From positions 186,001 through 250,000 of the IMG/VR virus record IMGVR_UViG_3300043570_001980: a DNA stretch of 64,000 bases; one strand, given 5' to 3'. Shown here piece by piece: positions 11,801-20,687 of this stretch (within the stretch, counting starts at the first letter, position 1; each line of letters begins with the position of its first letter). The notes below the pieces were generated by a model. The model was not told the DNA's origin and ran no database searches. It worked only from the letters and a program-made list of their open reading frames with translations. A program made the translations under genes and the position numbers.

Positions 11801-12293
11801 CTAGACTGGCATTAATAATCAGTGTTAGTTGTTCAAACCAATTTGGGTTTGTTGGGTCGTTCCAATCAATGGTAACATTTGAAAGATTAATTCCGTTGTA
11901 GTCAACAACATTTTCTGTGGTCGACACAGAGAATACTTTTAACAATCCTTGAGCGGCTTCGTTACGCTTTGGAGTATAACTTATAAGATTGGCAAGACGA
12001 ACAACGCTGTCACGACGTTCAGCGGTGTCCATAAAGTTTTCGCGAGTGTTTAGATCATTACGGAATGCAAGACTCTGACCCATAAAGGCCATAACGTCAA
12101 GTAATGCAATAAATTCCGAACTTTCAATGTAGTCATTGAATGTTTCTGGATAATAAAGTCTCAGGTAGTCAACGAAGCTCTTGCGTAGTGTTTCAAAGTC
12201 GTAACTTTGAAAGTCGGCCTCGCGGTAGGTCTGGTATAATCTTTTCCAGTCCTCAACTCCAAATATTGCGGTTTGTCTTGCTGTCTTTGCCAT
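8814..12293 (-). CDS. gp6: Baseplate wedge subunit (T4 gp6-like)
   Basis: 1159 aa. N-terminal DFQSYDFETLRKS..LLDVMAF..ENFMDTAERRDSV..LISYTP and internal FGDG and 'ETIDEIKQRAPARYYTQNRMVNGEDY' motifs typical of gp6/baseplate J; next to a gp25-like gene. Confidence 0.8.
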   Translation of the reverse strand: MAKTARQTAIFGVEDWKRLYQTYREADFQSYDFETLRKSFVDYLRLYYPETFNDYIESSEFIALLDVMAFMGQSLAFRNDLNTRENFMDTAERRDSVVRLANLISYTPKRNEAAQGLLKVFSVSTTENVVDYNGINLSNVTIDWNDPTNPNWFEQLTLIINASLVDSQKYGRPGNKQTLLGIDTSEYAINLVPGFLPVIPYTTAVDGVNMPFEAVSGTSQGKDYIYEPAPRPNGVFNVMYRNDSLGFGSENNGFFFLFKQGVLQNQDFNLAEALPNRTVNINIEGINNQDYWLYQLDNIGSIATEWKYVESVYAAALEQLSPDQRKIYSITSRTNDQITMTFGDGVFSEVPVGFYRTYVRASNGLRYIINPEEMQSISLPISYISRTGRLETITFTCGITTPVSNAAPRETIDEIKQRAPARYYTQNRMVNGEDYNNFPFTLYNSIIKSKAVARSSTGTSRYVDFTDITGKYSSTNIFASDGVLYRQNVLPSFDFAWINRNDIVDTIANNIEPILPGRSMQQFYYANYPRPSLSVLNFAWNQSTTVVRETTGYFYVGTPTSPQSIGSYASNNAKYLTQGSLIKFAAPSGYFFDANNKLVAGVPLRADEKLIIWATIMAVVLDGTNQGLGNFPDGTGPVILNNFVPTGALAVEVIPKFIDDLPSTIRQQMLQQIELFRNFGLGYNNLTSTWYLITSSNLHQDAPFSLSYAQNTEGLNLDASWLIQFITNGVSYTVVSRGLDYVFASVLQTRFTFDGNESIYDSRTGLVIDDFIKVLKTNSKPDSNQPLTSDVKMDIIAQPVQSDGYVNDYEVIVSYVDSDADGVADNPDFFDEIVAPNIDPNSKLIFLKQTVDFDNLERYLPVEPGIVNAQYATKNDIEVVKTQFVGGQVFYAYDEKVFYELVFTVVNGIVQRTLVQTNIYKARIGRQTLGFQYRHNSPLTNIIDPGSTNIIDLYLVVAEYYTAYQNYIKDTTGTVPEPSPPTISELSTAYAKLDDYKMISDNLVPNTVVFKPLFGPKAAASLRATIKVVKAPKVTATVSEIKSQVIANVNNYFTIDKWDFGDSFFFSELAAYLHTQMGSIISSVVLVPLNPLKSFGDLYEIRSAPNEIFVNGATVADVQVIDALTQSNIQSQTPVSGLYPVSVSSTGRLNSTLSQTGEY

Positions 12294-12340
12294 ATTCTCT
12301 CACTGTTTTCATATTTATGGTTTGTATAAACTGAGTAGTT

Positions 12341-12715
12341 TTAGATAAAACTTGCTCTACGAGTTTCTTGGTCAAAGAATATGGCCAATCGTTCTGCCGT
12401 TGAACTTCCTACCACTTGTACTGCAACTTCAATTAGTATCCCATTAAGCTGTGGATAAACTGATGCATCTGACAGATAAATTCTTGGGTCACCACCTGCT
12501 ACACGTTGTAGTTCAGCAAGAATACCACGTTCCGTTTCAGGAGTCTGATTTTCAAATATAAAACTCCAAATTATAGTACCATATCCTGGGCGGCCAGGCA
12601 GCTCACCTTGCTGAATGTTGAGAGCATTTGACAGGTCTTGCTTGATTAACTCAAAGTCAACCAGGGTAAACTTTTTGTACTGATTGATAGTACTGAAACC
12701 AATAAATGTAGGCAT
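12341..12715 (-). CDS. gp25: Baseplate wedge/sheath-initiator protein (gp25-like)
   Basis: 124 aa with IKQDLSNAL..GELPGRPGYGTII..DPRI, matching the gp25/GPW pattern; located between gp5-like and gp6-like genes. Confidence 0.8.
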   Translation of the reverse strand: MPTFIGFSTINQYKKFTLVDFELIKQDLSNALNIQQGELPGRPGYGTIIWSFIFENQTPETERGILAELQRVAGGDPRIYLSDASVYPQLNGILIEVAVQVVGSSTAERLAIFFDQETRRASFI

Positions 12716-12765
12716 GCTATTATTTATTGGTTATTTTTCGTGAGGTTGGTGGATTTTAGAAATCA

Positions 12766-15042
12766 TCAGCCAAATTTTGGTGTTGGAATTTTTGGATCAC
12801 CAAGTATGCTTGTTAATGCTTTGTCAAGGCCTGCACGTTTTACTGTGCCAACTGCATTTGTTACCTGTTGTCCAACTGCACCAAGCTCGCCAGCTTTGGC
12901 AGTAACAAACGATGCGGCTTGACTAGCACTCTTGGCTAGATTATTAAATTCTGAAGCAATGGCTGCTGGTGCATTACCTTTACTCCAGGCTTTGGTAGCA
13001 TCAAGTCCAAACTTTGTTGTACTTTGTACAAGAGCCGCTAGCTGTGCTGGACTTTCTTTACCTGTGGCCAATCCTGAAGATTTAAGCCCTGCTAGTGCCC
13101 CTGTCATGAGTTCTTGCTGTGCCATATTTTGAATTTTATCGCTGGACAACAACTTGCTCAAGTTACCTACACCACCTTTACCAGTCCAAACTGTTGGGCT
13201 TGCCAACACTGATTGTAGTTTAGCAGGGTCTGACAGATATTGCTGTACCGTTCCTGGCTTTAAGAAGCCCGACGACTCCAATTGCTTAGGACTCAGTCCA
13301 TACTTGCCAATACCTTTTGTAGGGTCAACTGAGTCTAATTTAAGTCCTGACGCTCCTGATGCTGATGCTAACAATCCAGTAACCTGGCTTTTATCCAAGC
13401 TACCTAGGCTGATTTCAGCAGGTGATTGACTTAGGAAGTCTGCTGAATTAATTGGGTTTGAAATTAATTGATTGTTAGTTTCTGTTACTGTCATTTCTGC
13501 AGGAGTTTCAATATTGCCTCCGCCTGCAATGTCCGTTGTTGTTACAGCGCCAACATCACCACCAGCAACGTCTGTTGCTGTTCCATCACCGCCGCCAGCA
13601 TCTCCACCTTCGCCATCAAAACTCACATCAGCAGATACCCCTGTATTGTGTGCAGACCAAGGTTCATGTGTGGGTGCTCTAGTGACAATTGTTTTAAGTT
13701 TACCCGGAGTTGACGTCCATCCTGAAGGGCCAAACGAAGTATCTGGTAGCTCGTAATCTGTAAACGGTTTTGGATTTTCCGGGGGAGAGGGTGCAGTACC
13801 ACCATTTAAATCAATTGTGCCTGCTACCAATACCAAACTATCACCGGCATCCCATCCACCTGAACTGCCATTTTTAAGCACCAGTGACCCGTCGGCAGTG
13901 ATTCCAATATCAGCTTTGCTGTACATTTTGATAGCACTGGTTGACAGCAAGTCAAAGGATTTGTCACCTTCAATTTTGATTGTTCCACTTTTTACGTTGA
14001 AATTTTCCTTGGCATAGATGTTAACATCCTTGTCTGCATGAAGATTAATAGTTCCCTGTGTTCTGACGTTTACAGAATTTGTAGCGTACACATCAACTGT
14101 GCCCTCGGCCCCTAGCTCGATCCAGGCTTGACCGTTGGCATGCACAATGTAAAAACAATTGCCATCATCACTCATTGTGATTTGGTGGCCTTTGCTGGTC
14201 CGAATACGAACTAAATTATCTTTACCTTCGAGGTCTCCGTCATCCATGACAATGCTGTGACCACCACGACGAGCAATTACTTTTAAGTCTTGTGGTCTTA
14301 CTGCGCCACTTTGTAATTTTTGTTTAATATCAGATTCAGCAAGTCCACCTTGATAAATTGGTCGACCGGGAGTTGTTATACCGTAGGCGCTTGACGGGCT
14401 TTCTCTCTGGCTATTGCTATTGATTGGTCCACGTACGGTATCATTAATTAATCCCTGTTGTAGCATTTCTGCGGCAACAACCGAGTGTACTGGCTTGGCT
14501 TGATCAAAGAATCGTGGATTTTCAGAAATTTTTAAATTGGTATTGTTGATTTCTGTTACTGGTAACTGTGTAGCTGATCCAAGCAAAGCTTTCTGACTGT
14601 CTGACAATTGAAATTTTTTACTAGAGCCAATTGCTGGTAGCATGTGAGTAATTCCTTCTTCAGGAACACACCCAATATAATATCCTTGGTTTGGATCGCC
14701 AGCGACAAATATACAAATAACTCTGGTACCAACGTCAGGAGGAGTAAACCACATGCCATAACTTTGTTGATTGCCAGTAAATGTTCCAGTTCCAACATTA
14801 GTTCCTGTGTGAGGAGTAACTCCGTAAAATGGCGGAACATAACTTACAGTACGCCAAAGACTTTTATCTTTAGGGTTACTTCCGCCAAACTGTTCAATAT
14901 AAACTTGCAGTCGTCCTGACCTGGTGGGGTCAACGTTGTTCATAATCCTGCCAATGTACGGCCCAAACTCAGTAGGGGTGCCTCCGCGATCAAACTTATA
15001 GCCGGCACCGCGGCCTTTGGTACGTTGAATATTATCAGCCAT
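12766..15042 (-). CDS. Baseplate central spike/hub protein (gp5/VgrG-like) with a C-terminal extension
   Basis: OB-fold-like N-terminus (NNVDPTRSGRLQVYI..GMWFTPPDVGTRV), then GHSIVMDD/GHQITMSDD and beta-helix-like repeats; baseplate context. Confidence 0.7.
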   Translation of the reverse strand: MADNIQRTKGRGAGYKFDRGGTPTEFGPYIGRIMNNVDPTRSGRLQVYIEQFGGSNPKDKSLWRTVSYVPPFYGVTPHTGTNVGTGTFTGNQQSYGMWFTPPDVGTRVICIFVAGDPNQGYYIGCVPEEGITHMLPAIGSSKKFQLSDSQKALLGSATQLPVTEINNTNLKISENPRFFDQAKPVHSVVAAEMLQQGLINDTVRGPINSNSQRESPSSAYGITTPGRPIYQGGLAESDIKQKLQSGAVRPQDLKVIARRGGHSIVMDDGDLEGKDNLVRIRTSKGHQITMSDDGNCFYIVHANGQAWIELGAEGTVDVYATNSVNVRTQGTINLHADKDVNIYAKENFNVKSGTIKIEGDKSFDLLSTSAIKMYSKADIGITADGSLVLKNGSSGGWDAGDSLVLVAGTIDLNGGTAPSPPENPKPFTDYELPDTSFGPSGWTSTPGKLKTIVTRAPTHEPWSAHNTGVSADVSFDGEGGDAGGGDGTATDVAGGDVGAVTTTDIAGGGNIETPAEMTVTETNNQLISNPINSADFLSQSPAEISLGSLDKSQVTGLLASASGASGLKLDSVDPTKGIGKYGLSPKQLESSGFLKPGTVQQYLSDPAKLQSVLASPTVWTGKGGVGNLSKLLSSDKIQNMAQQELMTGALAGLKSSGLATGKESPAQLAALVQSTTKFGLDATKAWSKGNAPAAIASEFNNLAKSASQAASFVTAKAGELGAVGQQVTNAVGTVKRAGLDKALTSILGDPKIPTPKFG

Positions 15043-17975
15043 TAGTACTCTCTATCCATAATTTGTGACGGTTCTTCTGTGACATTTCCGTCTTCTTCCT
15101 CAGCTTGAAAATCCTGAGGTACGCCCACATCTTCGCCTCCCGAGTCCGGTGGCTCATCTGCTTCAGCATAATCGGGTTCTTGGTCATCGTAATATTCACT
15201 GCCGGTGTCCAATTCATCTCCGGCGGTGTCATCACTTATCGATTCATTGTAAGTGTCATCATACTCCTCAGCTGAGTTGTCAACCTCTTCAGAGTTTGCG
15301 CCAGACATACTTCTTGTACGAGATGTGCCTGCTGATGTAGATCTTGCCTGCTGGTTTGACTCAGCGTTTTGGTCAGCAATCTGTTGTGCCAAATTGTCTG
15401 GCACAGGAAATGTAACTAGTACACCTTCTAAGTCTTGTGTGAAACGGCCTCGGCTAAAGTTACTGACAATTTTAACTGCTTTGTAAACATAACTGTGTCT
15501 TGCATCTCCAGCTCGTCCAATACTGCGATTTGCATTGTAGTTCTGTGTGCCAGGGTCCATTATACCTGTGTTCATATTATAGTCAACTGGCTTGTTAAAC
15601 GAAACTTCAAACAATGCTTCTTGACTCTCTGTATTGATAGTTCCATCAGGTAAGAAAGGTCCGTAGTTGAATCTTAAGCCAGCAACACCCGACCATAATT
15701 CTCCTTGTTGAATCCATGCTGGATCTCCAACAATGGTCAATCGTGCTCTGCTTAGGTCGGCTGGACTATACAAGTAATCGGCAGCGTTGGCGCCTGGTTC
15801 ATTCACACGACCTTCAATGCCCTGATCAGTCTGATTGCTTCGAGGCTGGAATGCACGTTTTTCGTATTCACGATAATCAACTAATCTAGTGGGTGGTTTT
15901 TGTTTAGTGTTAGAAACAATGTAATAGAGATAGTTGTAGTCTTGATTAAAATCTAGTATTTCGTTGTTCTCGCCGGTAAACCAATAGCTATATTTTTTGT
16001 GTGTTCCTTTAAATGCACTATTCGGAAAGTAATCACTTTTAACATCGCTGACAGCATAAGGGCTCAACTGATAGGTAATCTTATATGCATAGTCTCTGCG
16101 CTTTTCGTCATACTTGATAGGAGTTGCTTCTAAACCAATTCGGTACCAGCCCATGATCTTGCCCGGAACACCTTGTGGTTTTTCTTTGTCTGTAACTGGG
16201 TCGATAATTTTAATCTGTTGGTCTGTGATGTAACTGCTGGTTCTTGTTACTTCATCTATGAACTGCACAATACTTTTACCTGCTAGAATACTAGTTGTTT
16301 TTCCAGTGGTATTCATGCTTTGTTTTTCTCCTAGCCCCTGTTGATCAGCACTGGTTGCCTGTATCATAGGAGTGTTCTTTTTATTGGTCTGGCCAGGAGG
16401 AACAACTTTAGCACTTTCTAAAATTGAATTAGTGATTATAATTTCGTACTGGTCAGGAACATTAAAAATTCCTTTTTTAACTTTTTCTTGTTCGTATTTG
16501 TTTAATGCATTGACTAGACCAGACACAATAGTCGGGTTAGGCGCGGCACTGGCTTTTGGCGGAGCTGAATTTTGAGTTGGGCTTGTACCAGCATCCACTG
16601 TGCTAGTTCCTTCGACTCCGTTTTCTCCTACTACCATTACACCTTCTTCGGGCTGTGCTTGAGGTAACCCGGCTGTGCTTCCACGGCCAGCACCGGCAGA
16701 ATATTGAGGGCCAGTGTCTGACCTTGGTTCCCTACCATTGGTGCCGCCTGTTTGATTTATAGTCGAGAAGTTGGCATTGCCAACCAACAGTTCTTTTAAA
16801 GAGGTTGACGTTAATTCAACATTATAAGGGATTACTCCACGGGCTTGACCTGAAGCAATTAAATTTTGTGGGCAAACTGCTTCGCACTCATATTCAGTTA
16901 ACTTGTTGGCAATACGAAATTTGATCCCGGTAAATTGAAAAGGTATAAACTTTTCAATGATAGCATTAGAATCACTGTATCCATCTGGACTCTTGGTACC
17001 CGACCCTTTGACTAGTGTTCCGTTACTGTCATATCCATAAAAACGAATTACCATTAAAAAGTTTTGTGCTGAATAGTTTTGTTTGCCGCCAGTCTTTTTT
17101 CCAACATACTGTTGAGTTGCCGCATATAAATTGTCTAGTAAACTGATGCCATTGGGTTCAACAATTTTAAATGTCATCTTGGTAGTGTTGTGTGCAGAAT
17201 TGGTGCCTTTGCCATTTAATACACCTTCAAGTTTTACATCTTCAATATAAAAATCCAAAGGAAAAAATTGATTTCTGCCCAGTGATGCCTGTTGAGGATT
17301 TAACAATGCACTGGTCATTTCTTCAACGTCAAACGACAGCGGAACACTTGATGTAGTGGTAAGTCCCGATGACACAGGTGCTCCTCCACTTTGCATCAGT
17401 AGTTGATTGCCGGGAACTGTTTTGCGCTTTGTGCGCACCATATTTTTAAACTCTTCAGGACCTAGAATATACATGCTGATACTGTAAGTGTAAGAAACAA
17501 ACTTACTGAGTTCGTTGGGCTTGGGTGTAATTTTATTGGCACCAAACAAATTGTTTAGTGTTGCTCGTGTGGGGTTTGTTTGGTCGTCACCGGCAGCAAA
17601 TGGTCCCAATGATCTTGACGGTATTGGTCGACCTGCCATGTCCTCAGCAAGTGTGCCATTGGCTGCTTCCTCGTTGTTTTCACCTTGTAGCCCTTCTTCA
17701 GGCATGGACGGTTCAGCAGTGGGAGGAGGTATAGTTTGAGTGTCGCTTATTTCTCTGGTTTCAGCGTCGGTACCAAAGTCTGCGTCTTCATTGTAACTGT
17801 CAGCATTGGTATCTGTTAGATCTTCCGGTCCCGGAACAATTTCCCCTTCGTCATTTAAGTAACTGACAGTTGTGTCGGGCTGTATGAAATTGGCACCATC
17901 GTCTTGTGCAATCTGTGCATTAATAATAATTTGCCCGGCGCTGTCCGGACCGTCATCTGGTGGTATAGTTGCCAT
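15042..17975 (-). CDS. Large baseplate hub/tail-associated protein with acidic termini
   Basis: 977 aa; 'LTIVGDP' and terminal 'IVSNFSRGRFTQDLEGV' resemble hub (gp27/gpD-like) proteins; lies between gp53-like and gp5-like genes. Confidence 0.55.
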   Translation of the reverse strand: MATIPPDDGPDSAGQIIINAQIAQDDGANFIQPDTTVSYLNDEGEIVPGPEDLTDTNADSYNEDADFGTDAETREISDTQTIPPPTAEPSMPEEGLQGENNEEAANGTLAEDMAGRPIPSRSLGPFAAGDDQTNPTRATLNNLFGANKITPKPNELSKFVSYTYSISMYILGPEEFKNMVRTKRKTVPGNQLLMQSGGAPVSSGLTTTSSVPLSFDVEEMTSALLNPQQASLGRNQFFPLDFYIEDVKLEGVLNGKGTNSAHNTTKMTFKIVEPNGISLLDNLYAATQQYVGKKTGGKQNYSAQNFLMVIRFYGYDSNGTLVKGSGTKSPDGYSDSNAIIEKFIPFQFTGIKFRIANKLTEYECEAVCPQNLIASGQARGVIPYNVELTSTSLKELLVGNANFSTINQTGGTNGREPRSDTGPQYSAGAGRGSTAGLPQAQPEEGVMVVGENGVEGTSTVDAGTSPTQNSAPPKASAAPNPTIVSGLVNALNKYEQEKVKKGIFNVPDQYEIIITNSILESAKVVPPGQTNKKNTPMIQATSADQQGLGEKQSMNTTGKTTSILAGKSIVQFIDEVTRTSSYITDQQIKIIDPVTDKEKPQGVPGKIMGWYRIGLEATPIKYDEKRRDYAYKITYQLSPYAVSDVKSDYFPNSAFKGTHKKYSYWFTGENNEILDFNQDYNYLYYIVSNTKQKPPTRLVDYREYEKRAFQPRSNQTDQGIEGRVNEPGANAADYLYSPADLSRARLTIVGDPAWIQQGELWSGVAGLRFNYGPFLPDGTINTESQEALFEVSFNKPVDYNMNTGIMDPGTQNYNANRSIGRAGDARHSYVYKAVKIVSNFSRGRFTQDLEGVLVTFPVPDNLAQQIADQNAESNQQARSTSAGTSRTRSMSGANSEEVDNSAEEYDDTYNESISDDTAGDELDTGSEYYDDQEPDYAEADEPPDSGGEDVGVPQDFQAEEEDGNVTEEPSQIMDREY

Positions 17976-18275
17976 TTAAAATCCTAGTGCGGCACGTAAG
18001 GTAGTAATTTTAGGAACGTAAATCTTTTTTCCTGCTTCAAAGTCCCAGGGTGGTGCTTGTAGTGTGTTTGGGTTACGTTGATAGAATACCCACCAAAGGC
18101 CGGCGTTTTCATACAAGTCAAAGGCCAGCAAATCTGGTCTGTACTGGTACGTTTGATTTATGCGAAATAGTTTGTCGTCATTTTCTTTTGGCAATGATCT
18201 ATTGACCATCATGTCCAAATAGAATTGCGTATACTTTGTGTTAAAGTACGGACTGGTTGAGTCGTAAACAGCCAT
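17976..18275 (-). CDS. Baseplate wedge protein (gp53/LysM-like)
   Basis: 99 aa with YRPDLLAFDLY..LWWVF..N..G.KIYVP, typical of gp53/tail-X LysM-like proteins. Confidence 0.7.
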   Translation of the reverse strand: MAVYDSTSPYFNTKYTQFYLDMMVNRSLPKENDDKLFRINQTYQYRPDLLAFDLYENAGLWWVFYQRNPNTLQAPPWDFEAGKKIYVPKITTLRAALGF

Positions 18276-19657
18276 TACCAGAATCCTCCTTTTAGTAGAT
18301 CGCCATTGGCAAATTGTTTGAGACTAAACTGTTTACTAACTTGTTCTCTACTCTGCATTGGCAATAGCGTGAGGCTTAGGTCAATTTTAGTAGGAACATA
18401 CGTTGGTCTATCTGTGCCCAATGTTGCTGGTGCCGGAGGACTAAACAATCCGCCCTTGCTCAATCCAGCAGTGGTCAATCTCTGCCAGGCTGATGAAAAT
18501 GGGTTTGTTGGCAGGTTTTGTCTGTCTCTGCGAAACTGTAAATCAGTGCCGTTGATGTTTGTACTTCCTGCACGAATGTAGTCAACATCTGTGGGTAAAT
18601 TATATGTAAACTGACTGACCACGCAAGGTGCTAGGTTAAATTGGTATTGGCCCAGACCTTGTAGATATACCAGTGGGGGAGGTGCACCTCGTTCAGCATC
18701 TTGACCATAGAACATTTTGGTAACACTACGGAAAAAATGTATCACTGCCAGCAGGTAATTTGCTTCGTAGGTGTCTTGTGCTGTGAATGTTGCTTGTATA
18801 GCGATCTCGCCAACGTAGCTGTTTTGATAAAAGTATCCGCGATAGTTGCTGTGTGTCAAATCGTAAGTTGAATAGTTGGCCTGGTAGTTGGTGTTGATCT
18901 GTGGAGTGTAAGGAAATACTACTCCGTCTGTGATTGCCAATGGCTGTAATATTCCTGGTTCTTCTGCTTTGTACAAATAATTTGCAGACGGTGCCAGGCG
19001 AAGTTTTACACGCCAGTCACCATCGTTGGCCTGTTTTCTTTGGGCCTGTAGTGTTGCTTGTTTTTGCGCAAGAGCTCGTGTGGCATACTCACGCTCGCCA
19101 TCAGCCTGGTCGGCACCTTCGTCTCTGGCTCTTTCTATTTCAGCATCCACATCAATGCCGGCATTGAAAATTTCAGCATCAACTTCTTCTGGAGACAACA
19201 ATGGTGGTTCTTGCAAGTCATTTTCATTGGCTGCAATTTGTTCATCAATACCGGCAAATTCATCCACATCTTCTGGTTCAAAGTTGTCAACACCTTCGTC
19301 CCTGGCTCTTTCTATTTCGGCATCTACATCAATGCCGGCATTGAAAATTTCTTCGTCGACTTCTTCTGGAGACAACAATGGTGGTTCTTGCAAGTCATTT
19401 TCATTGGCTGCAATTTGTTCATCAATACCGGCAAATTCATCCACTGGCTGAGGATCCGCTTCAAATTCAGCAATTTCAAAAAATGATTGGTCAGGCGAAT
19501 TGTCGCTGGTATTTGGAATAACAATCGGTTCTTCGTTGTTAATTTGTAAATTTATACCGCCAATAGGAACTGTAGTCCCACTGCCTTGTGCAGTAAGCGA
19601 TGTATATTCAGCATTGGTGACAAATTGTAATCGACCGTCAATTAATATGTAAGGCAT
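18275..19657 (-). CDS. Tail tube initiator/baseplate protein (gp48/gp54-like C-terminal domain) with a duplicated acidic N-terminal segment
   Basis: C-terminal domain VFPYTPQI..THSNY..F.RSVTKMFYG..PPPLVYLQGLG..VPTK, first gene of the baseplate operon; N-terminus holds two near-identical 51-aa acidic repeats. Confidence 0.55.
   Translation of the reverse strand: MPYILIDGRLQFVTNAEYTSLTAQGSGTTVPIGGINLQINNEEPIVIPNTSDNSPDQSFFEIAEFEADPQPVDEFAGIDEQIAANENDLQEPPLLSPEEVDEEIFNAGIDVDAEIERARDEGVDNFEPEDVDEFAGIDEQIAANENDLQEPPLLSPEEVDAEIFNAGIDVDAEIERARDEGADQADGEREYATRALAQKQATLQAQRKQANDGDWRVKLRLAPSANYLYKAEEPGILQPLAITDGVVFPYTPQINTNYQANYSTYDLTHSNYRGYFYQNSYVGEIAIQATFTAQDTYEANYLLAVIHFFRSVTKMFYGQDAERGAPPPLVYLQGLGQYQFNLAPCVVSQFTYNLPTDVDYIRAGSTNINGTDLQFRRDRQNLPTNPFSSAWQRLTTAGLSKGGLFSPPAPATLGTDRPTYVPTKIDLSLTLLPMQSREQVSKQFSLKQFANGDLLKGGFW
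19114..19444. repeat. Near-perfect direct repeat, two ~154 bp copies (19114-19267, 19291-19444), period 177 bp
   Basis: VDEFAGIDEQIAANENDLQEPPLLSPEEVD(E/A)EIFNAGIDVDAEIERARDEG occurs twice with few nucleotide differences. Confidence 0.95.
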
Positions 19658-19675
19658 ATCTTTATCCTTGTACCT

Positions 19676-19690
19676 TATTTACCGTAAATA
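19676..19690. promoter_or_regulatory. Divergent late-promoter pair, TATTTA-CCG-TAAATA
   Basis: Palindromic arrangement of the TAAATA motif between the divergent baseplate operon and the sigma-factor gene. Confidence 0.6.
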
Positions 19691-19715
19691 AAAACGGCAT
19701 AGTTAAAGATAAAGG

Positions 19716-19743
19716 TTGACAAGCGTTGTAAATATGCTACAAT
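19716..19743 (+). promoter_or_regulatory. Sigma70-type promoter upstream of the late sigma gene
   Basis: TTGACA-16 nt-TACAAT with TG extension; AGGAGG at 19753-19758 before ATG 19770. Confidence 0.7.
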
Positions 19744-19769
19744 ACGTGACTTAGGAGGCACATTAGCGA

Positions 19770-20675
19770 ATGTCATTATTACCAACACCACCAAAAAAAG
19801 TCAATTATCTCAACAACAGAGATATTTTGAAAGAAATTCATTTGAGTAAGAATACATATTGTTCGTTTTTAGATCCTGTAAACGATCATCAATATGATAT
19901 TATCTTGCCCAGCGTTAGCAAAATTAATCAAAAAACCATTGTCGACGCAAGACGCAATCGTGCTGACCGTATTAAACGTGAAACTGGCGTGGTCATTGAT
20001 CAAAAGAAAATCCCCAATACCGATCTTGTATTCAGAATCACCTGTTGGGAACACATACCAATGGCTCCTAAAAAGATTCCAAAAAGCCAGCAAAAAAAGC
20101 GCAAGCTTGAAGATATTTTAGATTTAGAAGAAGACGTGGTTGACTCTGTGCTTGATGAAATTGCAGAAGTTATTGAGCCTGTTGGTGACCCAACACACGT
20201 TCGTGTTAATTTTCCACCATTCTGGCATTATCGACTCACAGACCAAAAAGTACCTTACGTTGTGGGTCGAAGTCACTGGAAGGGAGATTTCGAAACTGGA
20301 GAATACAGTCGAGATCACGGTACTATGACTCGTAAGCTGGCCACAATGTTTATGAAGTTATGTGAAAGATATGCTACAAGGAGCAACTGGCGTGGATACA
20401 CCTACAACGAAGAAATGCGGGGACAAGCCTTGCTACAACTCAGTCAAATCGGATTGCAATTCGACGAATCAAAATCGCAGAACCCTTTTGCGTATTATAC
20501 TGCCGCTATCACTAATAGCTTTACTCGTGTCTTGAATATTGAGAAAAAGATGCAGAACATCCGTGATGATATTTTAGAAATTAACGGACTCAATCCATCC
20601 TGGACTCGACAAAATTCTGGCAAGGCTGGCATGGCTGCATTATCCGGACCGGTTGTATCTAGCTTGGATGAGTAG
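19770..20675 (+). CDS. gp55: Late-transcription sigma factor (T4 gp55-like)
   Basis: VNYLNNRDIL..; KLCERYATRSNWRGYTYNEEMRGQALLQL..FDESKSQNPFAYYTAAITNSFTRVLNIEKK resembles gp55; sits just upstream of gp47/gp46 as in T4-like phages. Confidence 0.8.
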   Translation: MSLLPTPPKKVNYLNNRDILKEIHLSKNTYCSFLDPVNDHQYDIILPSVSKINQKTIVDARRNRADRIKRETGVVIDQKKIPNTDLVFRITCWEHIPMAPKKIPKSQQKKRKLEDILDLEEDVVDSVLDEIAEVIEPVGDPTHVRVNFPPFWHYRLTDQKVPYVVGRSHWKGDFETGEYSRDHGTMTRKLATMFMKLCERYATRSNWRGYTYNEEMRGQALLQLSQIGLQFDESKSQNPFAYYTAAITNSFTRVLNIEKKMQNIRDDILEINGLNPSWTRQNSGKAGMAALSGPVVSSLDE

Positions 20676-20681
20676 TATAAT
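20653..20681 (+). promoter_or_regulatory. Sigma70-like promoter 6 nt before the gp47 start codon
   Basis: TTGTAT-17 nt-TATAAT, then CAATAG-ATG; no obvious SD. Confidence 0.5.
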
Positions 20682-20687
20682 CAATAG

